From Zancudomyces culisetae HAW-14-8 (lineage: Eukaryota > Fungi > Kickxellomycota), in assembly GCA_052426225.1 (NCBI GenBank), contig JBNJNM010000024.1, forward strand, positions 1 to 64,000: DNA of 64,000 bases, written 5' to 3'. The position numbers were made by a program, and so were the translations under genes. Position 1 is the first letter of the stretch. The number at the start of each line of letters is the position of its first letter. The notes below the pieces were generated by a model, which was given only the letters and a program-made list of their open reading frames with translations, made no database searches and was not told the DNA's origin. Shown one piece after another: positions 39,259 to 51,394 of this stretch.

Positions 39259-42200
39259 TTATATTGATTTCTTATTGCATATAGAATTCAATTCTCCTGT
39301 ATAAGGAGTATATATACCAATAGTAGATGCGGCTTCTCTAGCAGCTTTAGCTTGCAAATACCACTCATCATCTGATAATCCTTTCTGATAACAACTTTCT
39401 ATAGTACCGATTTTTTCATTCTGAACTATAACGTCTCCAATTCTTTCGTATATAAACTTAAAATTGAAATCTTTACCTTTGCTTTTATTATTTATCATAG
39501 TGTATATACCTTCTTTGTTGGCTGTTAAACCATCTTCTGTTATATGTTTTGGATATCTATACTCTTTTTTATTATCGGGTATTGATAAAAGTTGACTATG
39601 ATTATTATCTGAAGAGCAAGATATACCCAATATATAATCTTGTATATATATAGGCCTTACTGGTAACTCGGTATATATCTTATTCATACCATAAACACAC
39701 ATCTCATCCCCATCAAAATCGGCATTAAAAGAACTACATAATAAAGGATTTATGCGTATACATTGTGTATTACCAATCACTAATTTAACCGACATTATCG
39801 ATTTATAACTTAATGATGGCTGTCTATTCAATAACCCATAACTCGTACCAATATCGGATCCAAATGGTATTTCTATTGTATCAATAGGCAGTTCTGGATT
39901 TGGTACAATAACTGATCTTAGACAGTGATTTATCTTATGACCTTCAACTAATCTATGATAAGCTCCATTTTTTCCAAATAATAATCTTTTATGTTCTTTA
40001 ATAATTTTTTTACCCGCACCAAATCTACTATATAGATTATTTAAATATGTAGATCTCAATATGCATGGTAGTACCGGTGTGTTTTTATAGAATCGCACAT
40101 CTAATAAATCTGTATCGCCGAAGAATAAATCATTGGTCTTATTATATTCATTTTCGGAATAATCAACTATAGAATATTCATTCGCGTCATACCAATATCG
40201 TATATCATAACCATTGGATCTCAGCAAAGAGCAACAAATTAGTAGATATTGATTGCAGTTTATCTTGACAAATGTACACTTGTCATCTTCATTCACGTCT
40301 TTTTTATTGTTTGGCGAATTCGTTAAACAATCTTTAAACCCATCGCAATATTTATTAATTATATGAGTCGATATAAACCCGCATATTGAGCAAGAATACG
40401 CTATAGTCTTATCCATCTTATATATCTCTTCTAGTATATCATGACATCCTATGGCTATCATAATATCTCTTTCCATACTACCAAATCTTAAACCTCCATT
40501 TTTCGATTTGCCTGATTTGGCTTGTTTTGTTATATTATCAATTTGTCCGAAATCTCTATATTGTATTTTATCATCTACTTGATGTCTTAAAGCCATGTAA
40601 TAACATATACCAACCAAAATTTTATTTTTTACATTTTTTATATTACCATTACCATCATTAAATCTGACATTATATTCTTTTTCCCCCATTTCCTTTATCT
40701 GTCCGTAAGTCATTCTACCCGGAAATGCATGTGGATTTATTAACAAATCTATATTAATCCATGCATTCTCCGAATCATCATAATATTGAGGCATATATTC
40801 ATCATCAAGTATTAAGCTTACAATACCCTTTTGACCATGTCTATTGGACATTTTATCGCCAATTTTGATATTTCTGTAATTCCTAACAACTATGGTAAAA
40901 CATTTTGGATTATATAAAATAGAAGATACTATACCTACGTGATTAGACCTAACATTTTCAATAGTAGTTATTTGTGACGGTTTAAACGATTTAAACAATT
41001 CGCTACCTTTGCTGACATAATCTCCAACTTTAACATACACATTTAAAATTCTATCTTCGGAACTTTCCAATCTACATGAATAACAATTTTGTTTAACACT
41101 CATATATTTTTTACTGGTAGATTTACTTATAACAACAGCATCCTCTATATTAAATCCATACCATGGCATTATAGCCGTTTTTAGATTCCAACCATACGGA
41201 GTTGGAAAAGATTTACCAATTATTGGTTGCTCACCTTTTATAAGCCATTTAACATCATTAAACGGTAGTTTTAATCTATTATCAACAGTTAGAGCTTGTT
41301 TAATCATACTACAAGTAAACATCGCTCTAACAGCTGGATTATGTGTTATAAATGGAATATAATCAGCTGTTACAGATACATATCTATCTTTAATAGGATT
41401 ATAAATTCTACCGTTATGTGTCCATACTATTATTATTCTATCATCTTTGTATATGTTATCATTATTTGACACTTTTACATCTTTGACTTTACCGTTGAAT
41501 TTACCATCGATAAAAAGATAATACTCATCAATAGTTGATGATGCGTTATAATTAAATACCCATTCATTTGTTTGGATATTATTATGAATATTATGAATAT
41601 TATTACAATTTGATGCATCGTTATGGATGATTTCATAATCTGTATTCTTATGAGTTATTCTAGCATCTTTAGATAAATATAAAATTGTACCGCATAAAGA
41701 ACCATCAGAAGTTTGCACAGGACATATCAGATATTTATATTCATCTTTAACCAATCTTTCTTTCATAGACATATGTTCTCTTGCCGTGGGAAATGTTATA
41801 CGTCTTATAGATTCTATATCTCCTAAAATAGAATAATGTTTCATATCTTCCGATATAGAAGTAACGTTCTGTATATTTTTTATAACCCAGTTGTGTGTAC
41901 GGAAAAATTTAACAACATCATATTCATGTTTGATGCAATCATAAATCAGCTCACCGGGCGTTATCAATCTTCTCTTAATATTAACATTATTAGTTATACC
42001 AAGCCAGTTTTCAAACATATAACATAATATGACGGCATCATCTTCTGATATTTCTTTAGAAAATTTAGTCTTCTTAGTTTTAGCCACTAAATCTAGATGA
42101 GTTTTTAACTTATGCATATCCACTGATTTGCGATATATCAAATCGTAATTAATAGGCAAATTCCATTTGGTAGTTTTACCTTTTAGTGTTAGCTCGTAGT

Positions 42201-42543
42201 TACCCATAGAAATAATGCTTATTCTTCTACTTTCGGAAATATAAGCTCTATCTTTAGTATATAAAGTATTGCTCATCATAAGAATTAGAGATAATGATTT
42301 GCATATACCATCAATAATAAAATATCCATACATTTCTATGGGGTTATCATTTTTATGTATAGATAAATGAATATCTGAACCAATCATTATTGGTATTCTC
42401 TTATTTTCTATAATTGCTACATAACTCAATTTATTATTTATACATTGAGATGGATTATTCAATATAGTTATATTCGTATTATATGGATAATATATATTAT
42501 ATATTTCAATTTGTCCAAAACTTGTATAGTCGTATGATGACAT
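39259..42543 (-). CDS. Fused Rpb2-Rpb1 RNA polymerase (copy 2)
   Basis: Identical to 13227-16511. Confidence 0.96.
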   Translation of the reverse strand: MSSYDYTSFGQIEIYNIYYPYNTNITILNNPSQCINNKLSYVAIIENKRIPIMIGSDIHLSIHKNDNPIEMYGYFIIDGICKSLSLILMMSNTLYTKDRAYISESRRISIISMGNYELTLKGKTTKWNLPINYDLIYRKSVDMHKLKTHLDLVAKTKKTKFSKEISEDDAVILCYMFENWLGITNNVNIKRRLITPGELIYDCIKHEYDVVKFFRTHNWVIKNIQNVTSISEDMKHYSILGDIESIRRITFPTAREHMSMKERLVKDEYKYLICPVQTSDGSLCGTILYLSKDARITHKNTDYEIIHNDASNCNNIHNIHNNIQTNEWVFNYNASSTIDEYYLFIDGKFNGKVKDVKVSNNDNIYKDDRIIIVWTHNGRIYNPIKDRYVSVTADYIPFITHNPAVRAMFTCSMIKQALTVDNRLKLPFNDVKWLIKGEQPIIGKSFPTPYGWNLKTAIMPWYGFNIEDAVVISKSTSKKYMSVKQNCYSCRLESSEDRILNVYVKVGDYVSKGSELFKSFKPSQITTIENVRSNHVGIVSSILYNPKCFTIVVRNYRNIKIGDKMSNRHGQKGIVSLILDDEYMPQYYDDSENAWINIDLLINPHAFPGRMTYGQIKEMGEKEYNVRFNDGNGNIKNVKNKILVGICYYMALRHQVDDKIQYRDFGQIDNITKQAKSGKSKNGGLRFGSMERDIMIAIGCHDILEEIYKMDKTIAYSCSICGFISTHIINKYCDGFKDCLTNSPNNKKDVNEDDKCTFVKINCNQYLLICCSLLRSNGYDIRYWYDANEYSIVDYSENEYNKTNDLFFGDTDLLDVRFYKNTPVLPCILRSTYLNNLYSRFGAGKKIIKEHKRLLFGKNGAYHRLVEGHKINHCLRSVIVPNPELPIDTIEIPFGSDIGTSYGLLNRQPSLSYKSIMSVKLVIGNTQCIRINPLLCSSFNADFDGDEMCVYGMNKIYTELPVRPIYIQDYILGISCSSDNNHSQLLSIPDNKKEYRYPKHITEDGLTANKEGIYTMINNKSKGKDFNFKFIYERIGDVIVQNEKIGTIESCYQKGLSDDEWYLQAKAAREAASTIGIYTPYTGELNSICNKKSI

Positions 42544-42919
42544 TTTTTAATATTATAACTATAATATTAAACAAAAAATTTACAAAACCATCTTTAATTA
42601 TTCACATATTAATATTTCATTTTTTTAAAAATATATACAAAAACAATTAAAAAATATAATATATTACAACTTATTCAAAACTAAGTTAAATACTATATTA
42701 CATTCTATCCGAAGCTTAAAATATATAATACATGATGATCAATCAGTATTATCATATTAGATATAAAAATCGATAGTGGTTTTAAAGTATATTGATAGAT
42801 GAATAATTTTAAAAAATATAAAATTACAGATTATATATACTTATTATATGCAATATTATATCTATTTTTTATTTTATACTCTTTGAAATATGCTCGATTT
42901 TATTAACATTGATATTACT

Positions 42920-43363
42920 TTATTCGTTCGATAAATTTTCAATTAATTGTTTCTCCTCTTTACTCAATTTTTCTATCTTAACAGATTTAGTTTTTTTATC
43001 TCTTGTATGTACCTCTCTCTCATCCTGTGACATATGAGACCAGCAACTGTATTCGTTACTTTTAGGTGCCATACATTGTTGATCATTCTTCTTTCTTCTA
43101 GTACATCTGTTTTCTTCACTGATAACCTTCTTGCTTTTTGTCGATTTTATATTCGATAATTTCATATCATCCAACATATTAATAAGAGTAGATATATCCA
43201 CATCTTCATTATAATTATCTAATTTATCTATAATTTCATCAATTGTCTCATCTCTTATAGCATCTCTCAATTCCTTTTGAATTCTTTTACTCATTTTTAT
43301 TAATATTATTCTGCTTATATAAAAATAATATATATTAAATTTGCAGTCATCATCTAAATTCAT
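42920..43363 (-). CDS. C3H Zn-finger protein (copy 2)
   Basis: Identical to 16888-17331. Confidence 0.6.
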   Translation of the reverse strand: MNLDDDCKFNIYYFYISRIILIKMSKRIQKELRDAIRDETIDEIIDKLDNYNEDVDISTLINMLDDMKLSNIKSTKSKKVISEENRCTRRKKNDQQCMAPKSNEYSCWSHMSQDEREVHTRDKKTKSVKIEKLSKEEKQLIENLSNE

Positions 43364-44768
43364 ATACGCTCTTTTTATACTTAAAAGTTTTTAATCTATG
43401 TGTCTCCAACATACCACTACAGTATATCGTACGCTTCTTATCGAATGGGAATGTTATTATATCATTATCATTAGGCTTCACTATTCCTATATAACTCAAA
43501 TCCATCAATGGCCCATATCTCAATCTATTTAAATAATTATAATCATGGATTATTTCTTTATAATAATAAGGCAATACTGGTATATTGTTTATCCTAACTC
43601 CGTTTACTATTTTTTCCTCGTAGTTATATTCGTTTTCATATTCATCTTTAATACATTTTATATATATCTTTGATATATTCCAGTCTGAATCAAGAACTTG
43701 AGCACATATATCAGCATGATACTTATGTATATCTATTCTTTTATCAAAAGTGCTTATTATAATACCATCCATTACGATATATTTAGGATTTATATCTGTT
43801 GATATAAATTTTCCTCTCGCATCAATATATATCGATGCTTCCGTATTGTGTTTACGTTGTTTCAAAAATGTTCCATTTTCTTCGCATATTCTTCTTACAA
43901 TTACCGGTATTGTATTTTTTTTCGATATATATTTATCGGTACTCTGATAAGTAGAATATAATCTCGGTAAATATATATAAGGATTATCATCATATCTTTC
44001 TTTCAATCTCACATATTTATTTGTATCTGGATTCGAATAATAATTACCTCTGAATTCTATAGAACTCTTATTTAAAGGTTTTTTTGATATCATAGGCCAT
44101 TCTCTCTGATTTTCTCTACGAGCTTTATACCAAACCTCATAATCTATAGATTGATGTATACTTGCCGGATCTATACTTGGCTTATCTAGCATATCGAATA
44201 TTTTAATATAATTATCAGCTTCTCGATTATATTGTTCTTCCAACTCTGCGCATAATTTATCCATTTCATCATGTTCTTCTTGGTTGGATGATGAATGCGA
44301 TATAACACCAGATACTATATCCATTTCCATCTTTTTGTATCTAACTGTTGCTCTTGTTAAACATGGTTTATTGTCTTCCAATATTTCCATATCTTCCATC
44401 ATTTCTATAATATTTAACAATATATGAAAATCGAAATTCCATCTGTATAATACTGTATGTGCTAATGATGTAGTTTTTGTTATATTTATTATATTTGAAA
44501 GGCTAGATAAAGCTGAAATTATGTCATATGTGATAACAGATCCTTTATTTTTATTCATTCTATAAATTCTATATTTACTAAACATAAAAAAATCTGATTC
44601 TTTATCCTTATTTATCTGTGGTGATTTCCCGTTATATCCCAACGATACATTTTTAATAGATATATAAGGCCATAATTCTGACATATTAAAATTATCTATG
44701 AATATAAGAGGATTTATTTCTTCATATTCAAATTCCAATAACCATCTAATGACTGAAATTCCCACCAT
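43350..44768 (-). CDS. Putative VETF-L-like protein (copy 2)
   Basis: Identical to 17318-18736. Confidence 0.4.
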   Translation of the reverse strand: MVGISVIRWLLEFEYEEINPLIFIDNFNMSELWPYISIKNVSLGYNGKSPQINKDKESDFFMFSKYRIYRMNKNKGSVITYDIISALSSLSNIINITKTTSLAHTVLYRWNFDFHILLNIIEMMEDMEILEDNKPCLTRATVRYKKMEMDIVSGVISHSSSNQEEHDEMDKLCAELEEQYNREADNYIKIFDMLDKPSIDPASIHQSIDYEVWYKARRENQREWPMISKKPLNKSSIEFRGNYYSNPDTNKYVRLKERYDDNPYIYLPRLYSTYQSTDKYISKKNTIPVIVRRICEENGTFLKQRKHNTEASIYIDARGKFISTDINPKYIVMDGIIISTFDKRIDIHKYHADICAQVLDSDWNISKIYIKCIKDEYENEYNYEEKIVNGVRINNIPVLPYYYKEIIHDYNYLNRLRYGPLMDLSYIGIVKPNDNDIITFPFDKKRTIYCSGMLETHRLKTFKYKKSVYEFR

Positions 44769-45001
44769 TGTAGCTGTAAGATTGATATCATATAAATCTT
44801 TCAGCGTACCTTATAAGTTACTAATATCACATATATTAGGAGCAAATTGCGATAAAATAGGTAAATTAAGACTTAAACTCGAGGCCAATAGAAATCTGAT
44901 TCAAGAAGGAGTTTACATACTACCACCCATCAGATGGATTACATCATTTGATGTCATTGATACATTTGAAATTGAATGCATAGTGGATAACGTTAAAGAA
45001 A

Positions 45002-45457
45002 ATGAAGTGTGCTATATGCCTGGAAACAAATTGCAAAAAGAACAATATGTTAATGGAAAACATGGATTATTTTTCGGAAATAACACAGAAAACTTTAAGC
45101 GCTTTTCATAGAGCCGGTTTAGATTCTGATGTTTATGATGAAATTAATTCTCTAAAATTAGCAATTAGCGAAAAAACTATGATATTAATTACTGCTGAAG
45201 AAATTGAAGGGGGGAAGGTTAAAAGATTTTTTGATACGGGTGATACAGATATAGTTGATATAAAAGATATATACACTACAAAATATTATACCAAAGATAC
45301 TGATAATTTAAGAAAACATTCGGTCGTTATAGATGCTTTAAATAGAAAAGAAAGTAATATATCCAAAATATATAGTTCAAAGAATATTGATAATTTGAAA
45401 TGCGATAGAAAAAAAATTGATAAAATAACTGAACATATATTTTTTAAACGCAATTGA
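45002..45457 (+). CDS. RNA polymerase trigger-loop subunit (copy 2)
   Basis: Identical to 18970-19425. Confidence 0.75.
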   Translation: MKCAICLETNCKKNNMLMENMDYFSEITQKTLSAFHRAGLDSDVYDEINSLKLAISEKTMILITAEEIEGGKVKRFFDTGDTDIVDIKDIYTTKYYTKDTDNLRKHSVVIDALNRKESNISKIYSSKNIDNLKCDRKKIDKITEHIFFKRN

Positions 45458-45970
45458 CAAATATTTTTTTGTCAGCCGATTTTATTTGGTAAATAGTATA
45501 TATAATATATCTGTTAGCTTTACACGATGATTTTATTAAATAGTTATAGCATAAAACTATAAAAAATACTCATATAAAATATCTATCTAACCAAGCTTTA
45601 TACATGGTATATTTTTATCGAATGTAATATTTAATACTTTACAAATAACATACTATTATAATTGTAAAAGTATTAAATATATTATATGACCCTATGCGAT
45701 ATTATATTTTTTAAGCGATATTATATTTAATAATTTCATCTAACAGAAAAATATAAATCTGGGAGATATGGATATTTTTTATATTTATGTTTATTTCGCG
45801 GCATAACTGTCCAGTTATTATTGATAACTTTTTTTAAATATTATAAATAGGTTTAAAATAGTATATAATACGGATTTAAAACCATTGTTGAAAATATAAA
45901 TATATATGAATATAATTCAGAATATTCAAATTTACCGTATCCAAATTATCACCGAAAAAATATAGTCAAT

Positions 45971-47308
45971 ATGGATGAATATCAAATAATAAAAAATATA
46001 ATTCCGAATTATTCTTTCGAGTGTGATATAATAGATATCTTTCATCAGTTAAACATTTCAAACACAAGAGAAATCTATGATGAAAAAATAAGAAACATAG
46101 AAGCAACAACAAATTACGATAAAGCTAATAAATTTTCATTGTTATATAAAGATAAATTCGTATGTATAGACTGCGATAGAAAAATATTTTACGTTTTCAA
46201 TAACGGTATATGGGAAATTGATCATGGTAATATATGTTTGATTAAATATATTATAAATTTCTATCCATCTTGCGGTAGTAATTTCAATAAAAGAAAGAGT
46301 TTTATAAATGATATAGCACTACATTCTTATAATAAAAAATTTACAGAGAAATTAAGCAATTTTAAATCTATTAGAATTGGGAATGTATCATTTGATGTAT
46401 TTAACGGCAATCTGAGAGATGGTTATCCCAATGATTACTGTTCTATAAATACTCACATGCCTTTAAATATAGATTATAAAGAGAAAGTATTGCGTATGCT
46501 AAAAGATATATTCCCTCAAGAAAATATAATGAAATATTTCTTAAGATATGCCGGCTCATTGTTAATACCTGGAAATAAAGATAAAATATTCATGATTTGG
46601 AATGGTATAGGTAATAATGGCAAATCTATATTGGCGAGATTAATCGAGTTGGCTATGGGAGAATATTCTATAAAATTACCGACATCTCTTGTAACTGGTA
46701 AAAGAACAATATCGTCTGGAGCCACACCAGAACTGGCTCTATTGGAAAAAAAATTGGTAGCATTTCTACAAGAACCGTCTCATGATGAGAAGTTAAATAT
46801 AGGGATAGTTAAAGAACTCACAGGAAATGATACCATATATGTAAGAGGACTATATAAAGAAGGTTCGAATATAAATGTGCTTGCGAAAATAATATATATA
46901 GTAAATACAACAGATAATATAGCAGTATTGGAAGAAGCTATATGGAATAGAATAGTTGTTTTACCATTTATATCCAATTTTACAGATAAAATAATACTCC
47001 CTAATGATTTACCTGTAGATAAAATGTTAGGTGGTAAGTTAAGAACATATGCCGGTTCATTTATGGAAATAATGATTGAAGAAGCGCGTAGATATATAAA
47101 TGAAGGATTGTTGGAATGTAAAGAGATAGAAGAATCAACAAGAGCCGTACAAGACGAGAATGATATTATAATTAAATATATAAAACAAAATAGATTCAGT
47201 AGTAATAGCTACGAAGGATTGATTGCTTTTATTAGAGATTTTCATCCGCAAGCGCAAGTACCGAGTTTTAAGTTATTCAATAAAAGAATAAATACTATAA
47301 ATGTATAA
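45971..47308 (+). CDS. D5-like SF3 helicase (copy 2)
   Basis: Identical to 19939-21276. Confidence 0.93.
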   Translation: MDEYQIIKNIIPNYSFECDIIDIFHQLNISNTREIYDEKIRNIEATTNYDKANKFSLLYKDKFVCIDCDRKIFYVFNNGIWEIDHGNICLIKYIINFYPSCGSNFNKRKSFINDIALHSYNKKFTEKLSNFKSIRIGNVSFDVFNGNLRDGYPNDYCSINTHMPLNIDYKEKVLRMLKDIFPQENIMKYFLRYAGSLLIPGNKDKIFMIWNGIGNNGKSILARLIELAMGEYSIKLPTSLVTGKRTISSGATPELALLEKKLVAFLQEPSHDEKLNIGIVKELTGNDTIYVRGLYKEGSNINVLAKIIYIVNTTDNIAVLEEAIWNRIVVLPFISNFTDKIILPNDLPVDKMLGGKLRTYAGSFMEIMIEEARRYINEGLLECKEIEESTRAVQDENDIIIKYIKQNRFSSNSYEGLIAFIRDFHPQAQVPSFKLFNKRINTINV

Positions 47309-47453
47309 TATTACATCGGTAGTATTTTAAAAGATGTATTATATTTATGTTTTAAAAGATGTATTATATTTATGTTTTAAAAGATGTATAAAATAAAAAT
47401 CAATACGGATTTAGCAGCTTTAGTGATATTATATAGATAGAAACAACCCAATA

Positions 47454-47969
47454 TTAAATTTCGGATAATGTGAGTTTAGATATATCTATTTCCAGATCAC
47501 TATCTTTTACTTTGCATATTACTATTTCATTAGCATTTAACTGAATAGTAGTTTTTGTATTCATTTGGAAAATGGATTGGACAGTAATTGATATACATGC
47601 GTAGAAAATTTTACCGGTTAAATCGGTATTTAGAATTTTTCTAGTTTTTACATCAGTTATTCTTGTTTTATCATTTATGTTTATTTTAATGTTGCCGTCA
47701 TAAAAAGGATCAGTTACTGTTATGTCATATTTTTCTGATATTGAATCTATTATATCATTTATCATCTTTGTTAGAACTTTAGATTTCAACAAAATTTGTC
47801 TCTTGTTATATTTAGTTGTTGTTATACCATCTATTATCATGAATTTGTTTTTCTCTGATATCTGTAGAATCCCTCCATCATAGTATATATCGATTAGAAA
47901 TCCCTCACCCAATTTTCTTTTATCGTCGGATAAACTTATCAATGTTTTATCTATGCTATTATATATCAT
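47454..47969 (-). CDS. Candidate SSB (copy 2)
   Basis: Identical to 21422-21937. Confidence 0.35.
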   Translation of the reverse strand: MIYNSIDKTLISLSDDKRKLGEGFLIDIYYDGGILQISEKNKFMIIDGITTTKYNKRQILLKSKVLTKMINDIIDSISEKYDITVTDPFYDGNIKININDKTRITDVKTRKILNTDLTGKIFYACISITVQSIFQMNTKTTIQLNANEIVICKVKDSDLEIDISKLTLSEI

Positions 47970-48011
47970 TTTTTGATCTTCGACTTTCTTTTTTTATTAT
48001 TATTACTATTT

Positions 48012-49775
48012 TTATTCTTTGAGATATATTTGCTCTTCAAAATAGTAGTTATTTTTTGAAATATAGTCTATTATGTTGATATTTTTATCAATTTTGAGTG
48101 TTTGTTTTATTATTTCCCATTCATCACGATTCATATTATCTATAAGTTTACCTCTTCTTTGAAATTTTTTATTCTTCGTTATATCTATATATGTAAATCT
48201 TAATCTTCTATCTACACAACTTCTCCATATAAGTGGAGTGTTTGGATAATCGCGAGTTGTAAATATGTTCATATCCGAGCATACGCTTATAGATTTCTTT
48301 CGATTTACGATATCATAACACTCAGCTTTATCCGGATATACATTGCACCATGATATTTTATTTTCATTTATATCGAAGCATTTCCTAAAATCCCATATAA
48401 AATCATCAATTTGAAATATTTGTATATTATCGGGTATTGGTGGATTGAATATCTCGGCTAGAGGTTTGCATACGTTTTCTGTTTTAATATCATTCATAAC
48501 TTCCAATATCTTTATATTTTTATCGTATGCTATTTTGTACATATCAATATCTATAGAATTTAAGCATACATGCTTATATATTTTTATTTGTACATTGGAT
48601 GTATGAGAACCTTTTCGTATAACACGGCCTATAGCCTGATTTATATATCCGTAATTCCAATACGGTGTTAATATATGTACATTTGTTACGTTTTTCAAAG
48701 TTATAGATTCGTTAAGCACGTTACTTCCTATCAAAAGACGTATTACTTTTCCGTTATAATTTTGCAAGCTATTGAAATCCCGCAATATATTATTTATTTC
48801 TTCGGTAGATACATTACCATTTATTACAGCATAAGATTTCTCCTGACCTCTTACTGTTGTCCAACCTAAATGATTTAAAACATCGCATAAAAACGTAATC
48901 CCTCTTTTTATATAATAAACAAAAACTACAACCAATTCATTTTCTGGTATGTTATTTATAAGAAAATTTATTTTGGCTGACTGTTCTTCTAAAGGAATAT
49001 TTTTGTTATAAACACCGGTACTTAATGTTAGCTGACGTAATGTTGTATATATATCTTTGCATTTTTTACCTTTTTCATCATTATATTTTTTTAACTGTAA
49101 ACCTTTCATTTCGGTCGCGAATAGCATATTGTTATTGATTATATCTTTTTCCGAATTATTCGAATATTTTATATCTTTATTTAGTATATAAACACCATAT
49201 CCGTATTTAAACGTGTTTTCGGCATAAGCTATTGGCGTTTCTATGGGTAGCATATTGCATAATGATTTCAATTCGTTAGGATTATCTATCATTGGCGTGG
49301 CTGATATTATAAGAAGTTTCGAGTTGGTGGAATCATGCATTTTCTTTTTTATATATGTATATCTGCTAGCATTTTCTCTCATATTGTGAGCTTCATCTAT
49401 AATTACCAAAGAATTGTCTATATTCACTTTATTTCTCGAGAAGCTTGTTAAACCGTAATATTTTATATTCATACTTTTACTATTTAATCTATTCTCATTT
49501 ATAAAAATTTTATATTCATTCTTAAAATTTGTTATTGTATTTGTGTTATGCGATATGAAAATGACATCAAAACCATTGATATTGAATAAATATGATAAGG
49601 CAGCTGCGCAGTAAGTTTTTCCAATTCCCAACTGAAATGATAGTAGTAGACTTCTATATGGTGTTTTAGGATGCATATATGATAAAACAAAATTTTGTTC
49701 CGGGGTTGTTGTGGTAAATGATACATTTTCGATGCAGTTATGAGGGTTATCTTCGTAATATATTGGAATATTCAT
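48012..49775 (-). CDS. D6/D11-like SF2 helicase (copy 2)
   Basis: Identical to 21980-23743. Confidence 0.92.
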   Translation of the reverse strand: MNIPIYYEDNPHNCIENVSFTTTTPEQNFVLSYMHPKTPYRSLLLSFQLGIGKTYCAAALSYLFNINGFDVIFISHNTNTITNFKNEYKIFINENRLNSKSMNIKYYGLTSFSRNKVNIDNSLVIIDEAHNMRENASRYTYIKKKMHDSTNSKLLIISATPMIDNPNELKSLCNMLPIETPIAYAENTFKYGYGVYILNKDIKYSNNSEKDIINNNMLFATEMKGLQLKKYNDEKGKKCKDIYTTLRQLTLSTGVYNKNIPLEEQSAKINFLINNIPENELVVVFVYYIKRGITFLCDVLNHLGWTTVRGQEKSYAVINGNVSTEEINNILRDFNSLQNYNGKVIRLLIGSNVLNESITLKNVTNVHILTPYWNYGYINQAIGRVIRKGSHTSNVQIKIYKHVCLNSIDIDMYKIAYDKNIKILEVMNDIKTENVCKPLAEIFNPPIPDNIQIFQIDDFIWDFRKCFDINENKISWCNVYPDKAECYDIVNRKKSISVCSDMNIFTTRDYPNTPLIWRSCVDRRLRFTYIDITKNKKFQRRGKLIDNMNRDEWEIIKQTLKIDKNINIIDYISKNNYYFEEQIYLKE

Positions 49776-50008
49776 AATATTAATTGTTTTTTATATCTTG
49801 AAATGTTATTAATAAATGAATATTATATGAATGTCTTTAAGAATAGTATTGTCAGGACTGGATTAGAATGAATACTTATGTTTAATATATATTAAATATA
49901 GTGCTATATATAGTATAAAATACCGAATATGCTATATGTAAAATGGCAATGTGATTGTTTAGATTCTGAAAATATATTATTCATATTTGGTATATAAAAA
50001 GGCAAAAA

Positions 50009-50044
50009 AAGCCCCCCATATACTGACGGGGGGCTTCTTTTTTT
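50009..50044 (-). terminator. GC-rich stem-loop, copy 2
   Basis: Same as 23977-24012. Confidence 0.55.
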
Positions 50045-50093
50045 ATAATATATAGCTATATAAAATATAAATAGCTATATAAAATATAAATAG

Positions 50094-51197
50094 CTATATA
50101 TTATCTTTTATTTTATTTTTATTTTTATTTTTATTTTTATTTTTATTTTTATTTTTGGTTTCATTCAATGATCTTAATCTAGCTTGCTCCATTAGCATTT
50201 TATGACGAATGTCTTTTTTTTCTTGTTCTTTTTCGTATCTCATCTTCTCAATAGCTTGTTCTTCTTTAAATTTTCTACTAAATTCTTCTATTTCTTCTCT
50301 TTCCTTAGCTTGCATTCTATATTTATCAAACTGTATTTGCATTTCTGGTGTTATTAGTTGACCACGCCATGTATCTCTATTTAGACTATCTTTACCAAAT
50401 CCTGTTTTTACATTTCTTATATCAATATCGTGATTTATACCATCATCACCGCTATCTGATAATATTTCAAGTTCTTGAGTGGGTTTAGCTTCTTGGATAG
50501 GTTTAAGTTCTTGAGTGGGTTTGATATTATAAATTACACGCATATATCTCTGTTTCTTATTCGGATACTCATAAGAATCTTTCTCTTTTTTGGCGAATAC
50601 TATAAGTTTATCTTCGTAATGTTTATTGCAAAATACCGATGAACCTCTTTTATCTAAACAGAAAACTCCATCTAACCATATACATGTGCGAGCTTTAATT
50701 CTTTTATTTATAGAGAATCTTTTATGTAATCCGCACAATAATAATGATCTCTTACCTATCTCTTGTTCATCTAAATTCTTTATCATTCTATTACAATAAG
50801 TGATGCTATCTTTAGATTTTACTATACAACGACCATCTATATGAGCTTTACTTTTTGTATGAATACCACATGTTTCATATCCATCCAATGCTTTGTATTT
50901 GCAATTTAATCCTTTTTTGGTTAAAGCGTTACATTTAATATTAATCTCAGACTTAATATTAATCTCGGACTTAATATTAATCTCGGACTTAATATTACTC
51001 CTTATTTTGCTATGTATTCCGCATTTTTCATTACCCTGTTTTTTTATACTTCTATTACAATATAGTTTATTTTTCATTATATAAGAACATCTACCTTCTA
51101 TATGAGTATCACTACTTATATGCTTACCACATACTTCATAGTTAATAAGTGGCTTATATGCACATTTAACCCCTGATAAAGTTTTTGCTATACACAT
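50094..51197 (-). CDS. Multi-C3H Zn-finger protein (copy 2)
   Basis: Identical to 24062-25165. Confidence 0.7.
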   Translation of the reverse strand: MCIAKTLSGVKCAYKPLINYEVCGKHISSDTHIEGRCSYIMKNKLYCNRSIKKQGNEKCGIHSKIRSNIKSEINIKSEINIKSEINIKCNALTKKGLNCKYKALDGYETCGIHTKSKAHIDGRCIVKSKDSITYCNRMIKNLDEQEIGKRSLLLCGLHKRFSINKRIKARTCIWLDGVFCLDKRGSSVFCNKHYEDKLIVFAKKEKDSYEYPNKKQRYMRVIYNIKPTQELKPIQEAKPTQELEILSDSGDDGINHDIDIRNVKTGFGKDSLNRDTWRGQLITPEMQIQFDKYRMQAKEREEIEEFSRKFKEEQAIEKMRYEKEQEKKDIRHKMLMEQARLRSLNETKNKNKNKNKNKNKNKIKDNI

Positions 51198-51394
51198 TTT
51201 TTATATTCGATTTTACTGGTTTGATTTGAGCAAAATAGTTGTCCTAATTTTTTATGTGATAATTCGTATATCAATATATTCTCGATATTAATATCAATTT
51301 TTATATTTTGAAATCCTAAAGAATCATATATGATATATATTTATTATAAAAAAACATCGATGATAAAAAATAAAAAACAATCTAACATTATATA